Shown: positions 20,499 to 31,171, numbered from the stretch's first letter. The stretch is 64,000 bases of DNA from an uncultured Bacilli bacterium (GCA_934130545.1 CAKOYD010000002.1:194209-258208); one strand, 5' to 3'. Translations and numbers: made by a program. Notes: generated by a model not told the origin, from the sequence alone.

Positions 20499-20771
20499 TT
20501 ATTCTTCATCATTAAAAAACTCTTTAATATCTATATCTAGTGCCTCAGCAATTCTACCTAATACTGAAATAGTAAAATGTTTATTTCTCTTATCATTTTC
20601 TATATCACTAATATATTCTCTTGATAAATCAGTCATATCTGCTAAATCTTGTTGCGTTAAATTATTACTAGCGCGATACTTTTTAATATTCTTTCTAATA
20701 ATATTATAATAGTAATTATCATTATTAATATATTTCTTAGGCTTAATAGTTTTATACAACATATACTTCAC
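20499..20771 (-). CDS. XRE-family helix-turn-helix transcriptional regulator
   Basis: 90 aa. LTQQDLADMTDLSREYISDIENDKRNKHFTISVLGRIAEALDI is a Cro/C1-type HTH. The true start may be internal. Confidence 0.7.
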   Translation of the reverse strand: MKYMLYKTIKPKKYINNDNYYYNIIRKNIKKYRASNNLTQQDLADMTDLSREYISDIENDKRNKHFTISVLGRIAEALDIDIKEFFNDEE

Positions 20772-20840
20772 TTCCCTATAAATATTTTGTTATATTATAA
20801 GAAAAAAATATATAGTCTAGTAGCCACATCAATATATAAT

Positions 20841-20873
20841 AATAAAAAATAAAAAAGTATATTTCTATACTTT
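20841..20873 (-). terminator. intrinsic terminator after efp
   Basis: Minus strand AAGTATA-GAAA-TATACTT followed by TTTTTATTTTTT. Confidence 0.55.
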
Positions 20874-20875
20874 AA

Positions 20876-21433
20876 TTATTTTCTAGATACGTATTTACCA
20901 TCTTTAGTAGATACAATTATTTCTTCATCTTGTTCAATAAATAATGGAACTTTTACTAACATACCTGTTTCAATAGTAGCATCTTTAGTAGCACCTGTAG
21001 TTGTATTTCCTTTAACAGCAGGTTCAGTAGCAATAATCTTATAATCAACTTTTTCAGGAAGTTCTATACCAATTAATTCATTTTCATAGAATGAAAGCAT
21101 TACTTCTAAACCTTCTTTTAGAAATTTAACTTGATCCTCAATTTGACTCTTATTTACTTCAACTTGTTCGTAAGTATCCATATTCATAAAACTGTAAACA
21201 TCTCCTGTAGCATATAAAAATTGCATTTTACTCTTATCTACATGAGCAGCAGGAATTTTAATACCAGCATTAAATGTTTGTTCAAATATTGAACCTGTAC
21301 GTAAATTTTTAAGTTTTGCTTTAACTATAGCAGCGCCTTTACCAGGTTTAACATGTTGGAACTCTAATACTTGATAAATATTTCCTTCATAGCTAACAGT
21401 CATGCCTGTTTTAAAATCATTAACATTTATCAT
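20876..21433 (-). CDS. efp: translation elongation factor P
   Basis: 185 aa. VKPGKGAAIVKAKLKNLRTG with the conserved Lys-34 loop (KPGKG). Confidence 0.95.
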   Translation of the reverse strand: MINVNDFKTGMTVSYEGNIYQVLEFQHVKPGKGAAIVKAKLKNLRTGSIFEQTFNAGIKIPAAHVDKSKMQFLYATGDVYSFMNMDTYEQVEVNKSQIEDQVKFLKEGLEVMLSFYENELIGIELPEKVDYKIIATEPAVKGNTTTGATKDATIETGMLVKVPLFIEQDEEIIVSTKDGKYVSRK

Positions 21434-21450
21434 TTTATACCATCCTTATA

Positions 21451-21618
21451 CTATTTTTTCTCTTTATGATTAGTAGTCTTACGACATTTATTACAGAATT
21501 TATTTAATTCTAAACGTTCTGTAGTATTCTTTTTATTTTTACTAACAGTGTAGTTAGGAGTTTTGCATTCTTCACAAACTAAAGATACTAATACTCTATT
21601 TTCATTTTTCTTGGCCAT
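21451..21618 (-). CDS. rpmG: 50S ribosomal protein L33 (below the ORF-track length cutoff)
   Basis: Manual translation gives MAKKNENRVLVSLVCEECKTPNYTVSKNKKNTTERLELNKFCNKCRKTTNHKEKK, the L33 zinc-ribbon CxxC…CxxC. AGGAGGG RBS upstream of ATG at 21618. Confidence 0.85.
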   Translation of the reverse strand: MAKKNENRVLVSLVCEECKTPNYTVSKNKKNTTERLELNKFCNKCRKTTNHKEKK

Positions 21619-21660
21619 AACTATCCCTCCTTACAAAAATATCATTGATATTATATCATA

Positions 21661-23799
21661 CTATTTATAAATTTCAAAGTATTTATTAACAATTTTTGCA
21701 GATATTCTTTTAGTAACTGGTGAAGTATAAGAAACATCCCCATATGAATTACTAATATCTGGGCTTACTACTACTATACTCATCTTAGGATTATCTGCTG
21801 GACTATATCCAACAAAAGATGTCGTTATAGTTTCTGTATCTACTACATTATCGCCATCAGTATCAATAAAACTTTGACTAGTTCCTGTCTTACCACCTGA
21901 ATTAGTATAATATCCCATATAACCATTACCAAGTCCATCAACAACTGTTCTGTTAAATCCATATTTAACTCGATCAATATATTTACTATCTACATCTACT
22001 TTACCTAGTGCTTTAACATCCGTCTTATAAATTAATTCTCCAAATATATCTTCATCATTAGAAGACTGACTATATACTTCTTTAAGTAAATAAGGTTTTA
22101 ACCTTGTCCCTCCATTAGCTAAAGTATTTATATATTGAGATAACTGTATAGGTGTATAAGTATCATACTGTCCAATAGCAAAATCTAGTAAATGGCCAGG
22201 TAATGTCGACTTACCTGTATATCCTAAACTCTCTACCGGTAAATCAATACCTGTCTTCACTCCAAGACCAAATGAAGAATACATATCACGATACTTCTTA
22301 AAAGCATCTGTATCTATCTTTAAAGCTTCATTATAATTATATGTGCCATTACCTATCTTTATCGCAATTAAATATTGATAATAGTTAGAAGACATTCTTA
22401 ACGCATCAACATCATCAATTAATCCTAACTTCTTCCATGAGCACTTTTCTGGCGTGTCTTTTATCTTAATACAATCATCTTGTACTGTATCGCCAATATT
22501 AATGGCTCCATATTTATATCCTACTAACATAGAAGCACCTTTAACAATCGAACCTGGTGTTACTGGAAGTGTTACAATACCAGGTGTATAATCAACAATA
22601 TATCTACTGCCATCTTCTCTTTCTCTAATTTGTTTACCACCCATCGCTAATATCTCTCCAGTATTAGGATCCGAAACAACCGCAAACGATCTATTATAAT
22701 ATTCTGTATTAACTTCACCCTTCGCACTCATAACTTCACTAGTCAATACTTCTTCTAAATACTTCTGTAAATTAATATCAATAGTTAAAACTATATCATT
22801 ACCACGTTTACCTTCACTAACTAATTCATAAGTATTATCTGAAAGTACTTTATATATTGCTTTTGTTCCTTTTAAATAATTCTCATACTGATACTCTAAA
22901 TAACTAATACCTACTCTATCTGCTAAAGAATAACCATTATCTAAATAATACTCTGCTAACTCGCTAGGAATACCTTGTGTATCTGAAGAAACACTACCTA
23001 AAATACTCTTAAAAGTATCTCCATATAAATATACTCTCTCCCAATCTAACTTAGTATTAAAGCCATGAAGAACATCAATATTCTCAGATATTACCGCATA
23101 CTCTTTCTCAGTAATATCTTTACTCTTAATAACTTTCTCTGCATAACTATATCCTTTATTCATCAAGTAATATATATATGCTGCCTCTTTATCTCTATCT
23201 TCAAATTTACTAAGTTCTTCCTCACTAATTCTTTCAAATATTAAATCAACAATATCATCATCACTTAATTTTCTCTCTTTATTAAGTTTCCACTCTTTAT
23301 CTGTAATCTTCTTCTTAGCATCTTCTTTATTCTGAACATACCAAAAATTCTTTAATCGATAATCAGTTAAACTAGAATAATCTACCTCGATTAAATCTGC
23401 TACTTTATAAGCTAGTTCTACTTCTTCTTTAGTAGTAATATCATTCTCTTTCTTATAATAAATAGTCTTAACTGCCACATTATCTACTAATAAATTATAA
23501 TTACGATCATATATCCTTCCACGAGGTGCTGAAGTACTCTCTACTCTCTTCTCTACGGCTCTTTCTAAACTAACGGTATATTCATCTCTAGATAATATCT
23601 GTAAACTAAATAAACGTACTCCAATAATACCAAAACATAAAAATATTATCACAATAATAAATATATATCTCTTTAAAATAACATCCTCTAATACTTTAGG
23701 ACTATCATGTTTAACCTTATTTAAACCTTGTGATTTATCATTAACTTTAACTACCTTTTTCTTACTTATCTTATTTATAGGTCTATTTCTCTTAAACAT
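21661..23799 (-). CDS. class-B penicillin-binding protein (transpeptidase, PBP2/FtsI family)
   Basis: 712 aa. N-terminal TM, PBP dimerisation domain, then transpeptidase motifs (STFK-like SxxK, SxN, KTGT). Confidence 0.85.
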   Translation of the reverse strand: MFKRNRPINKISKKKVVKVNDKSQGLNKVKHDSPKVLEDVILKRYIFIIVIIFLCFGIIGVRLFSLQILSRDEYTVSLERAVEKRVESTSAPRGRIYDRNYNLLVDNVAVKTIYYKKENDITTKEEVELAYKVADLIEVDYSSLTDYRLKNFWYVQNKEDAKKKITDKEWKLNKERKLSDDDIVDLIFERISEEELSKFEDRDKEAAYIYYLMNKGYSYAEKVIKSKDITEKEYAVISENIDVLHGFNTKLDWERVYLYGDTFKSILGSVSSDTQGIPSELAEYYLDNGYSLADRVGISYLEYQYENYLKGTKAIYKVLSDNTYELVSEGKRGNDIVLTIDINLQKYLEEVLTSEVMSAKGEVNTEYYNRSFAVVSDPNTGEILAMGGKQIREREDGSRYIVDYTPGIVTLPVTPGSIVKGASMLVGYKYGAINIGDTVQDDCIKIKDTPEKCSWKKLGLIDDVDALRMSSNYYQYLIAIKIGNGTYNYNEALKIDTDAFKKYRDMYSSFGLGVKTGIDLPVESLGYTGKSTLPGHLLDFAIGQYDTYTPIQLSQYINTLANGGTRLKPYLLKEVYSQSSNDEDIFGELIYKTDVKALGKVDVDSKYIDRVKYGFNRTVVDGLGNGYMGYYTNSGGKTGTSQSFIDTDGDNVVDTETITTSFVGYSPADNPKMSIVVVSPDISNSYGDVSYTSPVTKRISAKIVNKYFEIYK

Positions 23800-23816
23800 T
23801 ACATCACCCTATTTCA

Positions 23817-24710
23817 CTACACTTTAATCTTATTAATTCTATCCAAAGAAACTTTAACAGAATGATAATCCGCACTAATAGTAGCTAACATCTCAAAATT
23901 AGTAAGCATCTTAGCATAATATGAATATATAAGTAATAAACCACCTATCTCCATATTACCTATACTAACCAAATAAATAGCATATATAATTATAATATAC
24001 CTAAATAACTCTACTAATCCTAAAACAAAACATATCATTCCATAAGCAAATACATTATATTTAGCATTATCATATAAATATACATTAGTACTATCCATTA
24101 ATGAATTATCTCTCTTTGTACTTACTCGATTAGTAATTATCTCAAATAATCCATGAATATTAATTGTCTTTCTATCTAAAGATTCTTTTCTTCTCTTATT
24201 ATATAACTGTAATTTATCTCCAAACATAAATATAATATATATAATTATAACACTAACTCCTATAGTAGCCCAAAAAATATATATATTTAAATTTAAAAAA
24301 TATATATAAATAACTAAAAACTCTAATATTTGAATAATTCTTGTAACACCATTACATATAAAAGTAGCCACTATATCTATATCATTGTTAATTATATTAG
24401 TATATTCCCCTAAAGAAATATTCTTATCTTTAACACTCGTAATATTATTCATAAAATTAATAGTAATCTTACTATATAAATCATACCAACTCTTTTGATT
24501 TATATAATACCATAAATAATATAATAACGATAATATTAGAGTAAGTATTACCATAATTACAGCCTTCTTATATAAAGCATCACTAATATAGGTAATTGAC
24601 TTACTCCAAAAAATAGGCACAACCAACAAAGTTCCTTGTAAAAAAATTGACGTTATAACTTTAACTACCAATGCATTTTTAGACCTTCCTAACACCCCAT
24701 TAAATTTCAT
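23817..24710 (-). CDS. ABC exporter transmembrane-domain protein lacking an ATPase domain (orphan or truncated)
   Basis: 297 aa with six predicted TM helices. Ends …SLDRINKIKV, resembling the TMD-NBD junction of type-I ABC exporters. No Walker motifs and no adjacent NBD gene. Confidence 0.45.
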   Translation of the reverse strand: MKFNGVLGRSKNALVVKVITSIFLQGTLLVVPIFWSKSITYISDALYKKAVIMVILTLILSLLYYLWYYINQKSWYDLYSKITINFMNNITSVKDKNISLGEYTNIINNDIDIVATFICNGVTRIIQILEFLVIYIYFLNLNIYIFWATIGVSVIIIYIIFMFGDKLQLYNKRRKESLDRKTINIHGLFEIITNRVSTKRDNSLMDSTNVYLYDNAKYNVFAYGMICFVLGLVELFRYIIIIYAIYLVSIGNMEIGGLLLIYSYYAKMLTNFEMLATISADYHSVKVSLDRINKIKV

Positions 24711-24719
24711 ATTATCTCC

Positions 24720-25265
24720 TTATAATACTACTATATCTCCTGTATTCAAATCAAGATTAGATGCATCATCTTTATTAATATGAAACTCTAGTTTATAACT
24801 ATCATCCATCTTAATATGTACATCACTAAGTATCATATCTTTATACTTAACCTTGACTATATCACCATTATTATAACCAATATTATCTAGTTTATTACAA
24901 TGAATATGTCTATTAGCAATAATACAACAATTACTCTTATCAATACTACCAACAGGTCCTATTATCTTAATTGATTCACTATTATCTAATTCACCTGAAT
25001 TTCTCACTGGTGGTTCTAACTTAAATAACTCCTTATCACTATCTAATAACTCTACTTGCGTATATTTTCTAATCGGTCCAATAATTCTTACATAATCTTT
25101 TCGATATCCATTAGCCTCCAAAGAAACAGTTTCATTACAAGCAAATTGCCCCGGTTGAACTAAATAATTCTTAACTGTAAGTTCATACCCTTCTCCAAAT
25201 AATGTATCTAAATCTTCTCTTGTTAAATGAACATGACGATTAGATACTCCAGCTAATATATCCAT
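24720..25265 (-). CDS. pduL: phosphate propanoyltransferase PduL/EutD-like
   Basis: Two repeated PduL half-domains (GVSNRHVHL and IIANRHIHC). Probable start at the internal ATG 25265 with AAGAGG RBS; the ORF track extends to 25331. Confidence 0.75.
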   Translation of the reverse strand: MDILAGVSNRHVHLTREDLDTLFGEGYELTVKNYLVQPGQFACNETVSLEANGYRKDYVRIIGPIRKYTQVELLDSDKELFKLEPPVRNSGELDNSESIKIIGPVGSIDKSNCCIIANRHIHCNKLDNIGYNNGDIVKVKYKDMILSDVHIKMDDSYKLEFHINKDDASNLDLNTGDIVVL

Positions 25266-25364
25266 ATCTCTTACCTCTTTTCTATATTTATTATACCAAA
25301 AGAATAATTTTTTTAAAATAAAATTAACCACCTTTACATATATATTACTGAAAGGACTGATTAA

Positions 25365-25718
25365 ATGAACGGAAATTATTATCCCAATCCAACATTTCCC
25401 GGTACAGGCTTAAATAATAACACTATCCCTAATCAACAAAGTGTACCTAGTTATGAACAAAATATTGCTAATTTAAGTAGTGAACAATCATATATTGAAA
25501 ATATATTAAGACTAAATAAAGGAAAGAAAGCTAAATTCCATGTCACAGTACCAGGCAGTGAAAAATGGCAAGATCGTGTCTTTGATGGTATTATCGAACA
25601 AGCTGGAAGAGATCATCTAATTGTTTCTAATCCTTCAACTGGTGAATGGTACTTAATATTAATGATTTACTTAGACTTTGTCACTTTTGAAGAAACTGTT
25701 AATTACCTTAATTTCTAA
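25365..25718 (+). CDS. gerQ: spore coat protein GerQ family
   Basis: 117 aa. Q/N-rich N-terminus, conserved C-terminus ENILRLNKGKKAKFHVTVPGSEKWQDRVFDGIIEQAGRDHLIVSNPSTGEWYLI typical of GerQ/YwdL. Confidence 0.7.
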   Translation: MNGNYYPNPTFPGTGLNNNTIPNQQSVPSYEQNIANLSSEQSYIENILRLNKGKKAKFHVTVPGSEKWQDRVFDGIIEQAGRDHLIVSNPSTGEWYLILMIYLDFVTFEETVNYLNF

Positions 25719-25770
25719 TTATTGAAAAAATATCTAATATTTGTTATAATATACTAGGAAGTGATAACTA

Positions 25771-26301
25771 ATGGATATATTATTAATAATACTAGCAATC
25801 TTAATTATACTAGGAGGCATTATATACGTAACATATATTTATACAAGTAATAAATATCAAGATATAACCTTACGTATTGAAGAAGTAGAAGAATTAATTG
25901 ATGATACTATTAAGGCTAAGTATAATACTATTAATCAAGTAATATCGCAAATTCATAAAATAGATGAAGATATTAAAGGTAATATCTTTGATGAAATAAT
26001 TAAATTACGTTCAAGAAAAATATCTAACTATGAATTAGATAAAAAAATAAAAGATGCTTACACTGAACTAGAATCTATCAAAGATAATAACAATAAATTA
26101 AAAGATGATAAAGACATCAAGAAGTCTATTAAAGAATTAAAAGAATATGATAAGAAACTAACTACTCTTCATAAATATCATGATACTAACGTGGAAATAT
26201 ATAATAATATGTTAGAAAAATTTCCTACTAATATTATAGCCAATATCAATAAATATAAACCAAAAGATTTATATAATAAAGAAGAAACCATTAACGAATA
26301 G
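25771..26301 (+). CDS. lemA: LemA family membrane protein
   Basis: 176 aa. N-terminal TM then coiled region. Ends …YNNMLEKFPTNIIANI, the LemA C-terminal motif. Confidence 0.65.
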   Translation: MDILLIILAILIILGGIIYVTYIYTSNKYQDITLRIEEVEELIDDTIKAKYNTINQVISQIHKIDEDIKGNIFDEIIKLRSRKISNYELDKKIKDAYTELESIKDNNNKLKDDKDIKKSIKELKEYDKKLTTLHKYHDTNVEIYNNMLEKFPTNIIANINKYKPKDLYNKEETINE

Positions 26302-26310
26302 TTTCTTCTT

Positions 26311-27354
26311 TTATTTACTCTTATGATTCCATATAATATTTGTTTTTATTACAAATATTAAAGTAAGTACAAACAATATTATATATAAAACAATACCATA
26401 CATATTAGTACCTAACATCGTATTACCAATAGCATATATAATAGAGGCTACGGCAAACAAGATATCTACTAAATATATAATTAATACTGTCTTACCTTGC
26501 CCTAAATTAAGTTTTAATAATTGATGATGAAAATGATTCTTATCAGGAGCACTTATTGGTTTATGATTAACTAATCTTCTTAAAATAGCAAATAATGTAT
26601 CTAATATAGGAATAGCTAATATTAAACAAGGTACAGCAAAAGAAGTAAGTGTTACATTCTTAAAACCAAGTAAAGCAATAACTGCAATAATATATCCTAA
26701 AAACATACTACCAGAGTCGCCCATAAATATTTTAGCGGGATAAAAATTATGATACAAGAATCCTAACGTACTACCTAACATAACAAATGTTAAAGTTAAC
26801 TCTAATCCTACTGTATGATTAAGAAGTAAAGCAATAATACCAATCGTTAAAAAGTATATTGAAGCAATACCACCTGCCAAACCATCCAAGCCATCAATTA
26901 AATTAATACAATTAATAATGCCTACAATAAATATCATTGTCACAAGTGGTGCAAAAATACCAAAATCTAAATATATTCCAAATGCTGATACATCTTGTAA
27001 GATAATCTTCCCATAGAAAGGTATAACTGCCGCTCCCGCTAACTGTCCTAACAACTTATATTTAGCAGGCACTGGTCTAATATCATCAATAATACCCGTA
27101 ATAATAATAATAAAACTCCCAATTAATATCGCATTCATCTGAATAGATTGTTGACCAAATATCATATATCCAATCAAAAATCCCCCATATATTCCCAATC
27201 CCCCTAATCTCGCAATCGGTACTTTGTGAACCTTTCTCTCATTAGGTAAGTCCATTGCCCCTATAAACTCTGCTATCTTCTTAACACAAGGTATAAACAA
27301 CAACGTAAATAAAAATGGAATAATAATCATTAACATTTCTCTTTTTAAATTCAT
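26311..27354 (-). CDS. tagO: undecaprenyl-phosphate N-acetylhexosamine-1-phosphate transferase (GT4 MraY/WecA/TagO family)
   Basis: 347 aa polytopic membrane protein with DDxxD-like GIIDDIRP and NLIDGLDGLA motifs. Confidence 0.8.
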   Translation of the reverse strand: MNLKREMLMIIIPFLFTLLFIPCVKKIAEFIGAMDLPNERKVHKVPIARLGGLGIYGGFLIGYMIFGQQSIQMNAILIGSFIIIITGIIDDIRPVPAKYKLLGQLAGAAVIPFYGKIILQDVSAFGIYLDFGIFAPLVTMIFIVGIINCINLIDGLDGLAGGIASIYFLTIGIIALLLNHTVGLELTLTFVMLGSTLGFLYHNFYPAKIFMGDSGSMFLGYIIAVIALLGFKNVTLTSFAVPCLILAIPILDTLFAILRRLVNHKPISAPDKNHFHHQLLKLNLGQGKTVLIIYLVDILFAVASIIYAIGNTMLGTNMYGIVLYIILFVLTLIFVIKTNIIWNHKSK

Positions 27355-27413
27355 AACAAAACTCCTTTAATTACATTAATTTTACTACAATAATTAATAT
27401 AAATCTAGTATCT

Positions 27414-28526
27414 TTAACACTTTTCTAATTCCATTTTTACCATATCTAACGCTGCACTAATAACTTTATCCATATCATAATACTTATATTCTGCTAAACG
27501 ACCACCAAATATAACATTATCTTCTTTATCTAATAACTCTTTATATTTCTGATATAATTCACTATTCTTACTATCATTAACGGGATAATACGCTTCTAAT
27601 CCTGGTTGCCAATCAATTGGATATTCTTTGGTAATAACAGTATCTGGTTGATTGCCAAACTCAAAATGTTTATGTTCAATTATTCGTGTATAAGGCACTT
27701 CGTGAGAAGTATAATTAACAACAGCATTCCCTTGATAATTATCTATTCCCTCTAGTACCTCATTCTCAAACTTTAAAGAACGATATTCAAGTTTTCCAAA
27801 TGAATAGTCAAAATATTCATCAATCATTCCTGTATATAAAACTTTATCTGCTACATCTTTATACTTATTTCTTTCCTTTAAATAATCTACATTTAATTCA
27901 ACATCACAATTCTCTAACATCTTATCAATAATTACATTATAGCCCCCTATTGGTATGCCTTGATAACGATCATTAAAATAATTATTATTATAAGTAAATC
28001 TTACCGGAAGTCTCTTAATAATAAAGGCCGGAAGTTCTTTACATGAACGATTCCACTGTTTCTCAGTATATTCTTTTATTAACTTCTCATATATATCTTT
28101 GCCTACTAAAGAAATAGCTTGTTCTTCTAAGTTAGCAGGTTCTTTGCCATCTAAAACACTTCTTTGTTCAGCTATTATCTTCTTAGCTTCCTCTGGAGTA
28201 AAAATACCCCATAACCTACTAAATGTATTCATATTAAATGGCAAATTATATACTTCATTTTTATAGCGTGCTATTGGTGAATTTACATAATTATTAAATT
28301 CACAAAATTGATTAACATAATCCCATATTTCTTTATCTGAAGTATGAAAAATATGTGCTCCATATTTATGAACATTAATCCCTAAAATATTCTCACAATA
28401 AATATTTCCCCCAACATGACCTCTTCTTTCAATTACTAAACACTTTTTACCCCTTTTAGTCATTTCATAAGCAAATGTTGCTGCATATAAACCTGACCCT
28501 ACAATTAAATAATCATACTTTTTCAT
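27414..28526 (-). CDS. glf: UDP-galactopyranose mutase
   Basis: 370 aa. N-terminal FAD Rossmann YDYLIVGSGLYAATFAYE. Overall Glf-like throughout. Confidence 0.9.
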   Translation of the reverse strand: MKKYDYLIVGSGLYAATFAYEMTKRGKKCLVIERRGHVGGNIYCENILGINVHKYGAHIFHTSDKEIWDYVNQFCEFNNYVNSPIARYKNEVYNLPFNMNTFSRLWGIFTPEEAKKIIAEQRSVLDGKEPANLEEQAISLVGKDIYEKLIKEYTEKQWNRSCKELPAFIIKRLPVRFTYNNNYFNDRYQGIPIGGYNVIIDKMLENCDVELNVDYLKERNKYKDVADKVLYTGMIDEYFDYSFGKLEYRSLKFENEVLEGIDNYQGNAVVNYTSHEVPYTRIIEHKHFEFGNQPDTVITKEYPIDWQPGLEAYYPVNDSKNSELYQKYKELLDKEDNVIFGGRLAEYKYYDMDKVISAALDMVKMELEKC

Positions 28527-28604
28527 GATTCCTCCTATACTTAATAAAAGTATATCATTACCATTTAAGTATAGTCAAATAAAAAATCTCAAGTAATTGA
28601 GATT

Positions 28605-28817
28605 TTAACGTAAAGATATAAACAAGCATAGTACAAAGAATACTATTCCCAAAAATAAAGTAAGTCTACTAATAAATAATTCTAATCCTCTTTCTTTTCT
28701 ATTAGCAAACAAATCAGAATTACCACCTTGAATAATATCGGCAGATTCTGCTTTACCACTTTGTAATAATACTAATACTATTAATAAAATTGATACAATA
28801 ATCACTGCAGTTTCCAT
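28605..28817 (-). CDS. secG: preprotein translocase subunit SecG
   Basis: 70 aa, two TM helices with the conserved LLQSGK motif. Confidence 0.8.
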   Translation of the reverse strand: METAVIIVSILLIVLVLLQSGKAESADIIQGGNSDLFANRKERGLELFISRLTLFLGIVFFVLCLFISLR

Positions 28818-28859
28818 AATTCCCTCCTAAAAACATTTATATTATAACACATATTTATC

Positions 28860-30536
28860 TTAATTAAAATAATTTAATATATCATTAACTAATATTTCTT
28901 TAATTTCTTTAGTTTTTCTATCCTTAACTTCTACTATTCCCTCGTTTACTTTCTTACCAACTACTATACGATAAGGAATACCAATTAAGTCCATATCTTT
29001 AAACTTAATGCCTGCTCTCTCATCACGATCATCTAATAAACAAGAAACATTATTCTTATTAAAATAATCATATAAACTATTAGCAACATTTACTTGTTCT
29101 TCATCTTTATTATTTATAATAACGATACTAACTTTATAAGGAGCTATATTAATAGGCCATATAATACCATCTTCATCATTATTTTGTTCTACTATTGCTG
29201 ACATACATCTAGCTACTCCAATACCATAAGAACCCATAACAACAGGCTTTAAAGTATTATCTTTATCAACATATCTAAGATTTAATGCTTCAGAATACTT
29301 CGTACCTAACTTAAATGTATTACCTACTTCAATACCTTTCTTAAAGTATAAAATACCACCACATTTAGGACAATGATCTCCTTCCATAACATTAACTATA
29401 TCACTAGCCATATCATACTTAAAATCAGATAAATTAACATTAATATAATGATAACCATTACTATTTGCACCCACTACAAAGTTAGTCATCTTAAGTACTT
29501 CATTATCTACTATAACCTTACAATTAATACCAACAGGTCCTAAAGAACCAAACTTAGCGTCTACTATCTTTGCAACTTCTTCTTCGGTAGCAAACTCTAC
29601 ATCCATACCATGAAGTAGTTTACCAACCTTAACTAAGTTTAACTCTCTCTTACCACTAATAACACACGCTACTAGTTCTCCATCAACATTAACTATCATT
29701 GTCTTAGCCATCTTATCAAGTGATATATTTAAATAATTAGCTACATCTATTACACTTTCATATCCTGGTGTACTAACTTTCTCCATAGCCTTCTTTTCTT
29801 CTCTAACCATGTCATGTCCAACTACTTCAGATACTTCTATATTAGAAGCATAATCACACTTATCACAAAGAACTACCACATCTTCACCAATATCTGTAAT
29901 AGCCTGAAACTCCTCTGACAACAAACCACCCATAACACCAGTATCTGCTCTAACAATACGATAATCCATTCCCATCTCATCAAATATCTTCTTATAAGCA
30001 TCAAACATCTTCTTATAAGACTTATCCAATCCCTCTAAATCAGCATCAAATGAATAAGCATCTTTCATACAAAACTCTCTTGTCCTAATTAAACCATATC
30101 TAGGCCTTGCTTCATCTCTAAACTTATTTTGAAATTGATATAAATTAAATGGCATATCTTTATATGATTTAATCTTACTACCTGCTGCATTTAAGAATAG
30201 TTCTTCATGAGTAGGCCCTAAAACATAGTTCTTATTAGCCCTGTCAACTAATGAAAACATACTACTACCAAATGCTTTTCTTCTTCCAGAACTAACATAA
30301 ACTTCTTCTGGAATTAAACTAGGCATAACTAATTCTTGAGCCCCTGCTTCATCCATATATTTCTTAACAATACTTCTAATATTACTAAATACCAAATATC
30401 CCATTGGCATAAACATATACACTCCCGCACTACTCTTCTTAATCATTCCACTTCTAACAAGCAAATTACCACTTACTGTCTCTTCATCTTTAACATCTTC
30501 TCTAATTGTATAAAAAAACGAATTACTTAATCTCAT
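28860..30536 (-). CDS. proS: proline--tRNA ligase (bacterial type, with INS editing domain)
   Basis: 558 aa. Class-II aaRS motifs plus a YbaK-like insertion. N-terminus MRLSNSFFYTIRED is typical. Confidence 0.92.
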   Translation of the reverse strand: MRLSNSFFYTIREDVKDEETVSGNLLVRSGMIKKSSAGVYMFMPMGYLVFSNIRSIVKKYMDEAGAQELVMPSLIPEEVYVSSGRRKAFGSSMFSLVDRANKNYVLGPTHEELFLNAAGSKIKSYKDMPFNLYQFQNKFRDEARPRYGLIRTREFCMKDAYSFDADLEGLDKSYKKMFDAYKKIFDEMGMDYRIVRADTGVMGGLLSEEFQAITDIGEDVVVLCDKCDYASNIEVSEVVGHDMVREEKKAMEKVSTPGYESVIDVANYLNISLDKMAKTMIVNVDGELVACVISGKRELNLVKVGKLLHGMDVEFATEEEVAKIVDAKFGSLGPVGINCKVIVDNEVLKMTNFVVGANSNGYHYINVNLSDFKYDMASDIVNVMEGDHCPKCGGILYFKKGIEVGNTFKLGTKYSEALNLRYVDKDNTLKPVVMGSYGIGVARCMSAIVEQNNDEDGIIWPINIAPYKVSIVIINNKDEEQVNVANSLYDYFNKNNVSCLLDDRDERAGIKFKDMDLIGIPYRIVVGKKVNEGIVEVKDRKTKEIKEILVNDILNYFN

Positions 30537-31090
30537 ACTATCCTCTTCCTTACTTTAACATTATCTTTATCTAAACTATTCATATAATTATTTAGCTCTC
30601 TAAATGACATACCATACGGAACATCAAAGAACTCTGTAACCGTACTCCAACGCCCATCACTAACCATAATAAAGAACTTACTAATACTACTAATAGCTTC
30701 TTCATAACTATCAAACTCATGTATACCTAATTTTTTCAAATTACAATTCTCTATATGATAAACTTTACCATTTAAAAAATAAAGTATAAAACAATGCATA
30801 TAAACATTATATCTTGTTACATTACTATCAGCTTCATACTCTCTTATACAAAACATTCTACTAGGTATATCAAGTCTATCTAATAAATACTTCATTAAAT
30901 ATGTTTGTTCAATGCAACAACCCATCTTATGTTCTAAAACTTCTTCCAAACTAGAAGTGCGATAACATGCTCTAAAGCCAATCATATCACCAACATGTTC
31001 CTTATCCATATAATCAAGCCATCCATACTTTATATTTGTTCTTATAAATTCTAAAACATCTTTAGGTGTCTTAATTGCTGAAAAATCCAT
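30533..31090 (-). CDS. hypothetical protein with Cys/His residues suggestive of a papain/transglutaminase-like fold
   Basis: 185 aa. GCCIEQTYLMKYLLD and a downstream His. Family assignment is uncertain. Confidence 0.35.
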   Translation of the reverse strand: MDFSAIKTPKDVLEFIRTNIKYGWLDYMDKEHVGDMIGFRACYRTSSLEEVLEHKMGCCIEQTYLMKYLLDRLDIPSRMFCIREYEADSNVTRYNVYMHCFILYFLNGKVYHIENCNLKKLGIHEFDSYEEAISSISKFFIMVSDGRWSTVTEFFDVPYGMSFRELNNYMNSLDKDNVKVRKRIV

Positions 31091-31171
31091 ACAAAACCAC
31101 CATCACGCTACTAATTATAACATACTTTAAAAATATTTTACACAAATTATTAAAATTTTAATTATTTTTTA

